A stretch of 64,000 bases of DNA, taken from positions 263,999 to 327,998 of the forward strand of contig CBDBIB010000002.1 of assembly GCA_965205945.1 (NCBI GenBank), given 5' to 3'. Numbering within the stretch: the stretch's first letter is position 1; each line of letters begins with the position of its first letter. The translations under genes were made by a program, and so were the position numbers. Shown in pieces: positions 30,121 to 39,704 of the stretch. This DNA is from Bdellovibrionales bacterium. Its GTDB lineage: Bacteria; Bdellovibrionota; Bdellovibrionia; Bdellovibrionales; UBA1609. The notes beneath the pieces are model-generated. The model was not told the origin of the DNA, did no database searches, and saw nothing but the letters and a program-made list of their open reading frames with translations.

Positions 30121-30869
30121 GAAATTTAAAGTTATTTTTATCAATTTTTCGAGGTCTTTTTATTGCTTTAAATATGTTGATTTTAGGAGGATTATTTTCA
30201 TTTTTATATTTTATTTTAGGTTATAATATCACATCAAAACTTGGAATTTCTTGGCTTTGGGGGAAACTTTTTATTTGGATTGTCACCTCAAAGCTTATAA
30301 TAATAGGAAAAAAAAATATTCCCCAAAAAGATGGAGCTATTTTTTTATTTTCACATTCAAGCTATTTAGATATTCCAATTCTTTGTGCAACAAAGAATTG
30401 GAAAATTAACTTTGTGGCAAAATCATACTTACTAGATTACCCAGTATTAGGATTTATTATGAAATTAGTTAAAATGATAATTATTTATCCTGATCGAAGA
30501 GAATCAATTAAACAGTATAAGCTAGCTGAGGAAAGACTTAAACAAGGTGAATCTTTTATGATTGCTCCTGAAGGAAGTAGAAGTAGTGGAGAAGAACTTT
30601 TGCCTTTTAAGTCAGGTCCATTTATATTTGCAATGAATGCTAGAGCAGATCTAGTTCCTGTTTTAATTTATGGTTCACATAAGATCTGGCCTAAAAAAGA
30701 TAAATTACCGAATATGAGAAATCTTTTTGGAACAATCTATATTGAATACCTTCCTAAAGTAAGCATCATTGATTTTAAAGAGGAGAATAGAAAAGAAAAA
30801 GCTGAAGAGGTAAGACAAATGATGTTAAAAAAACTTGTTAAATATCAAAAATTAAAATCTATATTTTGA
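30117..30869 (+). CDS. plsC: 1-acyl-sn-glycerol-3-phosphate acyltransferase
   Basis: SHSSYLD, FVAK, APEGSRS, PFKSG. Confidence 0.9.
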   Translation: MRNLKLFLSIFRGLFIALNMLILGGLFSFLYFILGYNITSKLGISWLWGKLFIWIVTSKLIIIGKKNIPQKDGAIFLFSHSSYLDIPILCATKNWKINFVAKSYLLDYPVLGFIMKLVKMIIIYPDRRESIKQYKLAEERLKQGESFMIAPEGSRSSGEELLPFKSGPFIFAMNARADLVPVLIYGSHKIWPKKDKLPNMRNLFGTIYIEYLPKVSIIDFKEENRKEKAEEVRQMMLKKLVKYQKLKSIF

Positions 30870-30898
30870 TTGATATAAATTATAGTAGTGTCATTACA

Positions 30899-30923
30899 AA
30901 AAAGGTGCATATTGCACCTTTTT
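30899..30923. terminator. Bidirectional terminator between plsC and A1
   Basis: AAAAAGGTGCA-tat-TGCACCTTTTT. Confidence 0.85.
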
Positions 30924-30982
30924 ATTATTTAAATCTAATCTAACTGAGTTTAAGTAATCATAAAAAAGCGATTATGTGTTTT

Positions 30983-31573
30983 TTATTCGTTAGCTCCAGC
31001 TTTAATTAATAACTCTACGACTTTAGTGTGACCTTTGATTGTAGCGATTGCAAGAGCTGTATAACCGTTGTTATCTTGAATATTTACATCAGCTTGAGCT
31101 TTAATTAACAACTCTGCTATCTCAGTGTTACCATTAAATGCAGTCCACATAAGAGCTGTTATACCTTGGTAAGTTTTAGCGTTTACATCAGCTTGAGCTT
31201 TAATTAATAAGTCTACGATTTTAGTGTGACCATTGAGTACAGCAATTATAAGAGCTGCGTAACCGTTGTTATCTTCAACATTTACATCAGCTTGAGCTTT
31301 AATTAATAAGTCTACCATTTTAGTGTGACCTTTAAATACCGCAAACATAAGAGCTGTGCCTTCAATTTGATCTTTATTTATAATATAAGAATTAAGGCTA
31401 AAAAGCTCTTTGCAATTAGTTTTATGATTTAAAAATGACTTAAGAGATTTTATGTTATTCTCGTCAATACTTTTTGTTAAAAGTTCTTCACATTTTTTTG
31501 AAGTCATATTTTGTGCTGCAAAAGCACCTACACTTAAAAGTGTTGATACTGTTAAGATGATTAATTTTTTCAT
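30983..31573 (-). CDS. Secreted ankyrin-repeat protein A1 (4 repeats)
   Basis: Signal peptide ending AFA, constant N-cap, GxTALxxA..G....LLIKAQADVN repeats. Confidence 0.95.
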   Translation of the reverse strand: MKKLIILTVSTLLSVGAFAAQNMTSKKCEELLTKSIDENNIKSLKSFLNHKTNCKELFSLNSYIINKDQIEGTALMFAVFKGHTKMVDLLIKAQADVNVEDNNGYAALIIAVLNGHTKIVDLLIKAQADVNAKTYQGITALMWTAFNGNTEIAELLIKAQADVNIQDNNGYTALAIATIKGHTKVVELLIKAGANE

Positions 31574-31730
31574 TGTTTTACTCTCCTTGCTATTGGTTTA
31601 TTTAGTGTCGTTTTTATAACATATTTTTAGTGTTATGTGGGTTAATTTTGTGAAGGTGTGTAAAATTTATAGATCACGGTGTTAAGAAATTAGATAATGT
31701 CTTATGATTTTACAAAACAATATACAATAT

Positions 31731-31759
31731 AAAAAAAGGTGCAATATGCACCTTTTTTT
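31731..31759 (-). terminator. Array-unit terminator after A2
   Basis: GGTGCA-ata-TGCACC flanked by A and T runs. Confidence 0.8.
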
Positions 31760-31816
31760 TATTTAAATCTAATCTAACTGAGTTTAAGTAATCATAAAAA
31801 AGCGATTATGTGTTTT

Positions 31817-32746
31817 TTATTCGTTAGCTTGAGCTTGAATTAATAAATCTATGATTTTAGTGTAGGCGTCGTCTGCAGCGTATGTAGGAGTTTTTTTTCT
31901 AATATTATTTTGAACAGCTACTATAAGAGCTGTTTCTCTAAAATTATTTTTGATATGTAAATTAGCCAAAGCTTTAATTAATAATTCTACGACTTTAGGG
32001 TGACCTTGGCCTGCAGCCATAATAAGAGCTGTGTCTCCAGAAATATTTTGAAGATTTACATCAGCCTGAGCTTTAATTAATAATTCTACGACTTTAGGGT
32101 GACCTTGGCCTGCAGCCATAATAAGAGCTGTGTTATCTTCGTAATTTTGAAGATTTACATCAGCCTGAGCTTTAATTAATAATTCTACGACTTTAGGGTG
32201 ACCAGATTTTGCAGCGTATAAAAGAGCTGTATTACCTTCGTAACTTTGAAAATTTACATTAGCTTGAGCTTTAATTAACAACTCTAGAATTTCAATGTGA
32301 TTAAACCATGCAGCCATAATAAGAGCTGTACTGCCATCATATTTATTTTGGACATTCACATTAGCTTGAGCTTTAATCAACAACTCTACTATTTTAGTGC
32401 GACCATAAAGTGCCCCAATTATAAGAGCTGTTTCACCACGTTTATCTTGAATATTTACATCAGCTTGAGCTTTAATTAATAAGTCTACGATTTTAGTGTG
32501 ACCATTGAATACCGCTAACATAAGAGCTGTGCTTTCTTTTTCATATTTAGTTTTAACATAAGAATTAAGGCTAAAAAGCTCTTTGCAATTAGTTTTATGA
32601 CTTAAAAATGACTTAAGAGATTTTATGTTATTCTCGTCAATACTTTTTGTTAAAAGTTCTTCACATTTTTTTGAAGTCATACCTTGTGCTGCAAAAGCAC
32701 CTACACTTAAAAATGTTAATACTGTTAAGATGATTAATTTTTTCAT
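31817..32746 (-). CDS. Secreted ankyrin-repeat protein A2 (7 repeats; 13 aa insertion in the last)
   Basis: Same architecture as A1. Confidence 0.95.
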   Translation of the reverse strand: MKKLIILTVLTFLSVGAFAAQGMTSKKCEELLTKSIDENNIKSLKSFLSHKTNCKELFSLNSYVKTKYEKESTALMLAVFNGHTKIVDLLIKAQADVNIQDKRGETALIIGALYGRTKIVELLIKAQANVNVQNKYDGSTALIMAAWFNHIEILELLIKAQANVNFQSYEGNTALLYAAKSGHPKVVELLIKAQADVNLQNYEDNTALIMAAGQGHPKVVELLIKAQADVNLQNISGDTALIMAAGQGHPKVVELLIKALANLHIKNNFRETALIVAVQNNIRKKTPTYAADDAYTKIIDLLIQAQANE

Positions 32747-32898
32747 TGTTTTAACTCTCCTTGTTACTGGATTACTTAAGTTGTTTTTTAATAGGCCCTT
32801 AGTATTATGTCGATTACTTTTGTGAAAGTGTGTAAAATTTATAGATCACGGCGTTAAGGAATTAGATAGTGCCTTATGATTTTAGAAAACAATATAAA

Positions 32899-32923
32899 AA
32901 AAAGGTGCATATTACACCTTTTT
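32899..32923 (-). terminator. Array-unit terminator after A3
   Basis: Hairpin variant that retains a G-U pair on the minus-strand RNA. Confidence 0.75.
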
Positions 32924-32981
32924 ATTATTTAAATTTAACCTAACTTACTTAAGTAACCATAAAAAAGCGATTATGTATTTT

Positions 32982-34370
32982 TTATTCTTTAGCTTGAGCT
33001 TTAATTAATAAGTCTACGATTTCAGTGTTACCGAGGCTTGTAGCGATTATAAGAGCTGTGTCACCAACTTCATCTTGAACATTTACATCAGCATGAGCTT
33101 TAATTAATAAGTCTACGACTTCAGTGTGACCGTGGCTTACAGCCCACATAAGAGCTGTGTCACCAAATTTATTTTGAATATTTACATCAGCTTGAGCTTT
33201 AATTAATAATTCTACGACTTTAGGGTGACCTTGGCCTGCAGCCATAATAAGAGCTGTGTCTCCAGAAATATTTTGAAGATTTACATCAGCCTGAGCTTTA
33301 ATTAACAACTCTACGATTTCAGTGTGACCGCGGTCTGCAGCCATAATAAGAGCTGTACTGCCATCATATTTATGTTGGACATCTACATCAGCTTGAGCTT
33401 TAATTAATAATTCTACGACTTTAGGGTGACCTTGGCCTGCAGCCATAATAAGAGCTGTGTCTCCAGAAATATTTTGAAGATTTACATCAGCCTGAGCTTT
33501 AATTAACAACTCTACGATTTCAGTGTGACCGTGGCTTACAGCCCACATAAGAGCTGTGTCACCAAATTTATTTTGAATATTTACATCAGCTTGAGCTTTA
33601 ATTAATAATTCTACGACTTTAGGGTGACCTTGGCCTGCAGCCATAATAAGAGCTGTGTCTCCAGAAATATTTTGAAGATTTACATCAGCCTGAGCTTTAA
33701 TTAACAACTCTACGATTTCAGTGTGACCGCGGTCTGCAGCCATAATAAGAGCTGTACTGCCATCATATTTATGTTGGACATCTACATCAGCTTGAGCTTT
33801 AATTAATAACTCTACGACTTTAGTGTGACCTTCGATTGTAGCGATTATAAGAGCTGTGTTATCAAATGCATTTTGAATATTTACATCAGCTTGAGCTTTA
33901 ATTAATAAGTCTACCATTTTAGTGTTACCATTGAATGCAGCCCATATAAGAGCTGTATCTCCGGGAAGATTTTGAACATTTACATCAGCATGAGCTTTAA
34001 TTAATAAGTCTACGACTTCAGTGTGACCGTGGCTTACAGCCCACATAAGAGCTGTGTCACCATATTTATTTTGAACATCTACATCAGCATGAGCTTTAAT
34101 TAATAACTCTACGACTTCAGTGTTACCGAGGCTTGTAGCCCACATAAGAGCTGTGTCTTCATTTTCATCTTCGGTTTTAATATAAGAATTAAGGTTAAAA
34201 AGCTCTTTGCAATTAGTTTTATGATTTAAAAATGACTCAAGAGATTTTATGTTATTCTCGTCAATACTTTTTGTTAAAAGTTCTTCACATTTTTTTGAAG
34301 TCATATTTTGTGCTGCAAAAGCACCTACACTTAAAAGTGTTGATACTGTTAAGATGATTAATTTTTTCAT
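32982..34370 (-). CDS. Secreted ankyrin-repeat protein A3 (12 repeats)
   Basis: Same architecture as A1; internal duplication at 399 bp offset. Confidence 0.95.
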   Translation of the reverse strand: MKKLIILTVSTLLSVGAFAAQNMTSKKCEELLTKSIDENNIKSLESFLNHKTNCKELFNLNSYIKTEDENEDTALMWATSLGNTEVVELLIKAHADVDVQNKYGDTALMWAVSHGHTEVVDLLIKAHADVNVQNLPGDTALIWAAFNGNTKMVDLLIKAQADVNIQNAFDNTALIIATIEGHTKVVELLIKAQADVDVQHKYDGSTALIMAADRGHTEIVELLIKAQADVNLQNISGDTALIMAAGQGHPKVVELLIKAQADVNIQNKFGDTALMWAVSHGHTEIVELLIKAQADVNLQNISGDTALIMAAGQGHPKVVELLIKAQADVDVQHKYDGSTALIMAADRGHTEIVELLIKAQADVNLQNISGDTALIMAAGQGHPKVVELLIKAQADVNIQNKFGDTALMWAVSHGHTEVVDLLIKAHADVNVQDEVGDTALIIATSLGNTEIVDLLIKAQAKE

Positions 34371-34520
34371 TGTTTTGTTCTCCTTGTTATTGGATTACTT
34401 AGTGCCGTTTTTATAACATATTTTTAGTGTTATGTGGGTTAATTTTGTGAAAGTATGTAAAATTTATAGATTACGGCGTTAAGGAATTAGATAGTGTCTT
34501 ATGATTTTACAAAACAATAT

Positions 34521-34549
34521 AAAAAAAGGTGCATGTTGCACCTTTTTTT
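34521..34549 (-). terminator. Array-unit terminator after A4
   Basis: GGTGCA-tgt-TGCACC flanked by A and T runs. Confidence 0.8.
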
Positions 34550-34604
34550 ATTTAAATTTAACCTAACTTACCTAAGTAACCATAAAAAAGCGATTATGTA
34601 TTTT

Positions 34605-34997
34605 TTATTCTTTAGCTTGAGCTTTAATTAATAAGTCTACGATTTTAGTGTGACCATTGAATGCAGCCCACATAAGAGCTGTGTCACCATATTTATTTTG
34701 AACATCTACATCAGCATGAGCTTTAATTAATAAGTCTACGATTTTAGTGTGACCATTGAGTACAGCAATTATAAGAGCTGCGCTTTCAGTTTTATCTTCG
34801 ATTTTAATATAAGAATTAAGGTTAAAAAGCTCTTTGCAATTAGTTTTATGATTTAAAAATGACTCAAGAGATTTTATGTTATTCTCTTTGACACTTTTTG
34901 TTAAAAGTTCTTCACATTTTTTTGAAGTCATACCTTGTGCTGCAAAAGCACCTACACTTAAAAATGTTAATACTGTTAAGATGATTAATTTTTTCAT
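34605..34997 (-). CDS. Secreted ankyrin-repeat protein A4 (2 repeats)
   Basis: Same architecture as A1. Confidence 0.92.
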   Translation of the reverse strand: MKKLIILTVLTFLSVGAFAAQGMTSKKCEELLTKSVKENNIKSLESFLNHKTNCKELFNLNSYIKIEDKTESAALIIAVLNGHTKIVDLLIKAHADVDVQNKYGDTALMWAAFNGHTKIVDLLIKAQAKE

Positions 34998-35148
34998 TGT
35001 TTTGTTCTCCTTGTTATTGGATTACTTAGTGCCGTTTTTATAACATATTTTTAGTGTTATGTGGGTTAATTTTGTGAAAGTGTGTAAAATTTATAGATTA
35101 CGGCATTAAGGAAGTTAGATAGTGTCTTATGATTTTACAAAACAATAT

Positions 35149-35175
35149 AAAAAAAGTGCAGTTGCACCTTTTTTT
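35149..35175 (-). terminator. Array-unit terminator after A5 (shortened hairpin)
   Basis: GTGCA-gt-TGCAC flanked by A and T runs. Confidence 0.65.
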
Positions 35176-35232
35176 ATTTAAATCTAATCTAAAATTAGTT
35201 TAAGTAACCATAAAAAAGCGATTATGTATTTT

Positions 35233-36024
35233 TTATTCTTTAGCTTGAGCTTTAATTAATAAGTCTACGACTTTAGTGTGACCTTCGATTGTAGCGATTA
35301 TAAGAGCTGTGTCACCAAATTCATTTTGAATATTTACATCAGCTTGAGCTTTAATTAATAAGTCTACGATTTCAGTGTTACCGAGGCTTGTAGCCCATAT
35401 AAGAGCTGTATCTCCGGGAATATTTTGAACATTTACATCAGCATGAGCTTTAATTAATAAGTCTACGACTTCAGTGTTACCGTGGCTTACAGCCCACATA
35501 AGAGCTGTGCCACCAAATTCATTTTGAATATTTACATCAGCTTGAGCTTTAATTAATAAGTCTACGATTTCAGTGTTACCATTGTATGCAGCCCACATAA
35601 GAGCTATTACACCTTGGTAAGCTTTAGCATTTACATCAGCATGAGCTTTAATTAACAACTCTACGATTTCAGTGTGACCGCGGTCTGCAGCCATAATAAG
35701 AGCTGTACTGCCATCATATTTATGTTGGACATCTACATCAGCTTGAGCTTTAATTAATAATTCTACCATTTTAGTGTTACCATTAAGTGCAGCCCACATA
35801 AGAGCTGTGTCTTCATTTTCATCTTCGATTTTAATATAAGAATTAAGGTTAAAAAGCTCTTTGCAATTAGTTTTATGATTTAAAAATGACTCAAGAGATT
35901 TTATGTTATTCTCTTTGACACTTTTTGTTAAAAGTTCTTCACATTTTTTTGAAGTCATATTTTGTGCTGCAAAAGCACCTACACTTAAAAGTGTTAATAC
36001 TGTTAAGATGATTAATTTTTTCAT
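35233..36024 (-). CDS. Secreted ankyrin-repeat protein A5 (6 repeats)
   Basis: Same architecture as A1. Confidence 0.95.
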   Translation of the reverse strand: MKKLIILTVLTLLSVGAFAAQNMTSKKCEELLTKSVKENNIKSLESFLNHKTNCKELFNLNSYIKIEDENEDTALMWAALNGNTKMVELLIKAQADVDVQHKYDGSTALIMAADRGHTEIVELLIKAHADVNAKAYQGVIALMWAAYNGNTEIVDLLIKAQADVNIQNEFGGTALMWAVSHGNTEVVDLLIKAHADVNVQNIPGDTALIWATSLGNTEIVDLLIKAQADVNIQNEFGDTALIIATIEGHTKVVDLLIKAQAKE

Positions 36025-36175
36025 TGTTTTGTTCTCCTTGTTATTGGATTACTTAGTGTCGTTTTTATAACATATTTTTAGTGTTATGTGGGTTAATTTT
36101 GTGAAAGTGTGTAAAATTTATAGATTACGGCATTAAGGAAGTTAGATAGTGTCTTATGATTTTACAAAACAATAT

Positions 36176-36202
36176 AAAAAAAGTGCAGTTGCACCTTTTT
36201 TT
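36176..36202 (-). terminator. Array-unit terminator after A6 (shortened hairpin)
   Basis: Same sequence as 35149-35175. Confidence 0.65.
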
Positions 36203-36259
36203 ATTTAAATCTAATCTAAAATTAGTTTAAGTAACCATAAAAAAGCGATTATGTATTTT

Positions 36260-36949
36260 TTATTCTTTAGCTTGAGCTTTAATTAATAAGTCTACGACTT
36301 TAGTGTGACCTTCGATTGTAGCGATTGCAAGAGCTGTATAACCGGCGTTATCTTGAATATTTACATCAGCTTGAGCTTTAATTAACAATTCTACTATCTT
36401 AGTGTTACCATTAAGTGCAGCCCACATAAGAGTTGTGACACCATATTTATTTTGAAAATTTACATCAGCTTGAGCTTTAATCAATAACCTTACCATTTTA
36501 GTGTTACCGTGGCTTGCAGCCCACATAAGAGCTGTGTCACCAAATTTATTTTGAAAATTTACATCAGCTTGAGCTTTAATTAATAATTCTACGATTTCAG
36601 TGGTACCATTGAATGCAGCCCACATAAGAGCTGTGTTACCATATTTATTTTGAACATTTACATCAGCTTGAGCTTTAATTAATAATTCTACCATTTTAGT
36701 GTTACCATTAAGTGCAGCCCACATAAGAGCTGCGCTTTCAATTTTATCTTCGATTTTAATATAAGAATTAAGGTTAAAAAGCTCTTTGCAATTAGTTTTA
36801 TGATTTAAAAATGACTTAAGAGATTTTATGTTATTCTCTTTGACACTTTTTGTTAAAAGTTCTTCACATTTTTTTGAAGTCATACCTTGTGCTGCAAAAG
36901 CACCTACACTTAAAAATGTTAATACTGTTAAGATGATTAATTTTTTCAT
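36260..36949 (-). CDS. Secreted ankyrin-repeat protein A6 (5 repeats)
   Basis: Same architecture as A1. Confidence 0.95.
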   Translation of the reverse strand: MKKLIILTVLTFLSVGAFAAQGMTSKKCEELLTKSVKENNIKSLKSFLNHKTNCKELFNLNSYIKIEDKIESAALMWAALNGNTKMVELLIKAQADVNVQNKYGNTALMWAAFNGTTEIVELLIKAQADVNFQNKFGDTALMWAASHGNTKMVRLLIKAQADVNFQNKYGVTTLMWAALNGNTKIVELLIKAQADVNIQDNAGYTALAIATIEGHTKVVDLLIKAQAKE

Positions 36950-37098
36950 TGTTTTATTCCTTTTTATTGGATTATTTAGTGTCGTTTTTTAATAGACTCT
37001 TAAGTACTATGTCGATTACTTTTGTGAAAGTGTGTAAAATTTATAGATTACGGCATTAAGGAAGTTAGATAGTGTCTTATGATTTTACAAAACAATAT

Positions 37099-37125
37099 AA
37101 AAAAAGTGCAGTTGCACCTTTTTTT
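37099..37125 (-). terminator. Array-unit terminator after A7 (shortened hairpin)
   Basis: Same sequence as 35149-35175. Confidence 0.65.
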
Positions 37126-37182
37126 ATTTAAATCTAATCTAAAATTAGTTTAAGTAACCATAAAAAAGCGATTATGTATTTT

Positions 37183-37872
37183 TTATTCTTTAGCTCCAGC
37201 TTTAATTAATAATTTTACGATTGTATCGTAGCCGTTATTTTTAGCAATTGCAAGGGTTGTGTAACCGTAGTAATCTCGAACATTTACATCAGCTTGAGCT
37301 TTAATTAATAAGTCTATCATTTCAGTGTTACCATTGGATGCAGCCCACATAAGAGCTATTTCACCTAAGTAAGTTTTAGTATTTACATCAGCTTGAGCTT
37401 TAATCAATAACCTTACCATTTTAGTGTTATCGCGGAGTACAGCAACTATAAGAGGTGTATAACCGGCGCTATCTTGAATATTTACATCAGCTTGAGCTTT
37501 AATTAACAAATTTGCGATTTCAGTATTACCATAGTATGCAGTCCACATAAGAGCTGTGTCACCAAATTCATTTTGAAAATTTATATCGGCTTGAGCTTTA
37601 ATTAATAAGTCTACCATTTTAGTTCGACTGAGTTTTGTAGCCCATATAAGAGCTGTGCTTTCAATTTTATCTTCGGTTTTAATATAAGAATTAAGGTTAA
37701 AAAGCTCTTTGCAATTAGTTTTATGATTTAAAAATGACTCAAGAGATTTTATGTTATTCTCTTTGACACTTTTTGTTAAAAGTTCTTCACATTTTTTTGA
37801 AGTCATATTTTGTGCTGCAAAAGCACCTACACTTAAAAATGTTGATACTGTTAAGATGATTAATTTTTTCAT
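37183..37872 (-). CDS. Secreted ankyrin-repeat protein A7 (5 repeats)
   Basis: Same architecture as A1. Confidence 0.95.
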   Translation of the reverse strand: MKKLIILTVSTFLSVGAFAAQNMTSKKCEELLTKSVKENNIKSLESFLNHKTNCKELFNLNSYIKTEDKIESTALIWATKLSRTKMVDLLIKAQADINFQNEFGDTALMWTAYYGNTEIANLLIKAQADVNIQDSAGYTPLIVAVLRDNTKMVRLLIKAQADVNTKTYLGEIALMWAASNGNTEMIDLLIKAQADVNVRDYYGYTTLAIAKNNGYDTIVKLLIKAGAKE

Positions 37873-38020
37873 TGTTTTACTCTCCTTGTTACTGGATTAC
37901 TTAAGTTGTTTTTTAATAGGTCCTTAGTATTATGTCGATTAATTTTGTGAAGGTGTGTAAAATTTATAGATCACGGCGTTAAGGAATTAGATAATGTCTT
38001 ATAATTTTACAAAACAATAT

Positions 38021-38051
38021 AAAAAAAAGGTGCAACATGCACCTTTTTTTT
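38021..38051 (-). terminator. Array-unit terminator after A8
   Basis: GGTGCA-aca-TGCACC flanked by A and T runs. Confidence 0.8.
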
Positions 38052-38109
38052 TATTTAAATCTAATCTAAAATTAGTTTAAGTAACCATAAAAAAGCGATT
38101 ATGTATTTT

Positions 38110-38601
38110 TTATTCTTTAGCTTGAGCTTTAATTAATAAGTCTACGACTTCAGTGTTACCAAGGCTTATAGCCCACATAAGAGCTGTATCTCCGGAAATA
38201 TTTTGAACATTTACATCAGCATGAGCTTTAATTAATAATTCTACGATTTCAGTGGTACCATTGAATGCAGCCCACATAAGAGCTGTGTTACCATATTTAT
38301 TTTGAACATTTACATCAGCTTGAGCTTTAATTAATAATTCTACCATTTTAGTGTTACCATTAAGTGCAGCCCACATAAGAGCTGCGCTTTCAATTTTATC
38401 TTCGATTTTAATATAAGAATTAAGGTTAAAAAGCTCTTTGCAATTAGTTTTATGATTTAAAAATGACTCAAGAGATTTTATGTTATTCTCTTTGACACTT
38501 TTTGTTAAAAGTTCTTCACATTTTTTTGAAGTCATACCTTGTGCTGCAAAAGCACCTACACTTAAAAATGTTAATACTGTTAAGATGATTAATTTTTTCA
38601 T
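38110..38601 (-). CDS. Secreted ankyrin-repeat protein A8 (3 repeats)
   Basis: Same architecture as A1; 5' part near-identical to A6. Confidence 0.95.
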   Translation of the reverse strand: MKKLIILTVLTFLSVGAFAAQGMTSKKCEELLTKSVKENNIKSLESFLNHKTNCKELFNLNSYIKIEDKIESAALMWAALNGNTKMVELLIKAQADVNVQNKYGNTALMWAAFNGTTEIVELLIKAHADVNVQNISGDTALMWAISLGNTEVVDLLIKAQAKE

Positions 38602-38751
38602 TGTTTTATTCCTTGTTACTGGATTACTTAAGTTGTTTTTTAATAGGCCCTTAGTATTATGTCGATTACTTTTGTGAAAGTGTGTAAAATTTATAGATTA
38701 CGGCGTTAAGGAATTAGATAGTGCCTTATAATTTTAGAAAACAATATAAAA

Positions 38752-38776
38752 AAAAAGGTGCATATTACACCTTTTT
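38752..38776 (-). terminator. Array-unit terminator after A9
   Basis: GGTGCATATTACACC variant (G-U pair on the minus strand). Confidence 0.75.
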
Positions 38777-38835
38777 ATTATTTAAATTTAACCTAACTTA
38801 CCTAAGTAACCATAAAAAAAGCGATTATGTATTTT

Positions 38836-39528
38836 TTATTCTTTAGCTCCAGCTTTAATTAATAATTTTACGATTGTATCGTAGCCGCCATTTATAGCAA
38901 TTATAAGAGCTGTATAACCATGGTAGTGATCTTGAATATTTACATCAGCTTGAGCTTTAATTAATAAGTCTACGATTTCAGTGTTACCATTGAATGCAGC
39001 CCACATAAGAGCTGTATCTCCGGGAATATTTTGAACATTTACATCAGCTTGAGCTTTAATTAATAAGTCTACCATTTTAGTATAATCTTGGAGTGCAGCG
39101 ATTGTAAGAGCTGTGTTACCATATTTAGTTTCAACATTTAAATCAGCTTGAGCTTTAATTAATAAGTCTAGAATTTCAATGTGATTAAACCATACAGCCA
39201 TAATAAGAGCTGTGTTACCATATTTATTTTGAAGATTTACATCAGCTTGAGCTTTAATTAATAACTCTACCATTTTAGTTCGACCGAGTTTTGTAGCCCA
39301 CATAAGAGCTGTGTCTTCATTTTCATCTTCGTTTTTAATATAAGAATTAAGGTTAAAAAGCTCTTTGCAATTAGTTTTATGATTTAAAAATGACTCAAGA
39401 GATTTTATGTTATTCTCGTCAATACTTTTTGTTAAAAGTTCTTCACATTTTTTTGAAGTCATATTTTGTGCTGCAAAAGCACCTACACTTAAAAGTGTTG
39501 ATACTGTTAAGATGATTAATTTTTTCAT
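38836..39528 (-). CDS. Secreted ankyrin-repeat protein A9 (5 repeats)
   Basis: Same architecture as A1. Confidence 0.95.
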   Translation of the reverse strand: MKKLIILTVSTLLSVGAFAAQNMTSKKCEELLTKSIDENNIKSLESFLNHKTNCKELFNLNSYIKNEDENEDTALMWATKLGRTKMVELLIKAQADVNLQNKYGNTALIMAVWFNHIEILDLLIKAQADLNVETKYGNTALTIAALQDYTKMVDLLIKAQADVNVQNIPGDTALMWAAFNGNTEIVDLLIKAQADVNIQDHYHGYTALIIAINGGYDTIVKLLIKAGAKE

Positions 39529-39678
39529 TGTTTTACTCTCCTTGTTGTTGAGTTACTTAGTGTCGTTTTTATAACATATTTTTAGTGTTGTGTGGGTTAA
39601 TTTTGTGAAAGTATGTAAAATTTATAGATTACGGCGTTAAGGAATTAGATAGTGTCTTATAATTTTAAAAAACAATAT

Positions 39679-39704
39679 AAAAAAAGTGCATATTGCACCT
39701 TTTT
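39679..39704 (-). terminator. Array-unit terminator after A10
   Basis: GTGCA-tat-TGCAC flanked by A and T runs. Confidence 0.7.

Noticed and set aside
32625..32825. Repeated plus-strand 65-66 aa ORFs (32625-32825, 38480-38677) as a small antisense gene
   Set aside because: They recur only because the underlying unit is repeated, and they appear in the track for only two of the nine complete units.
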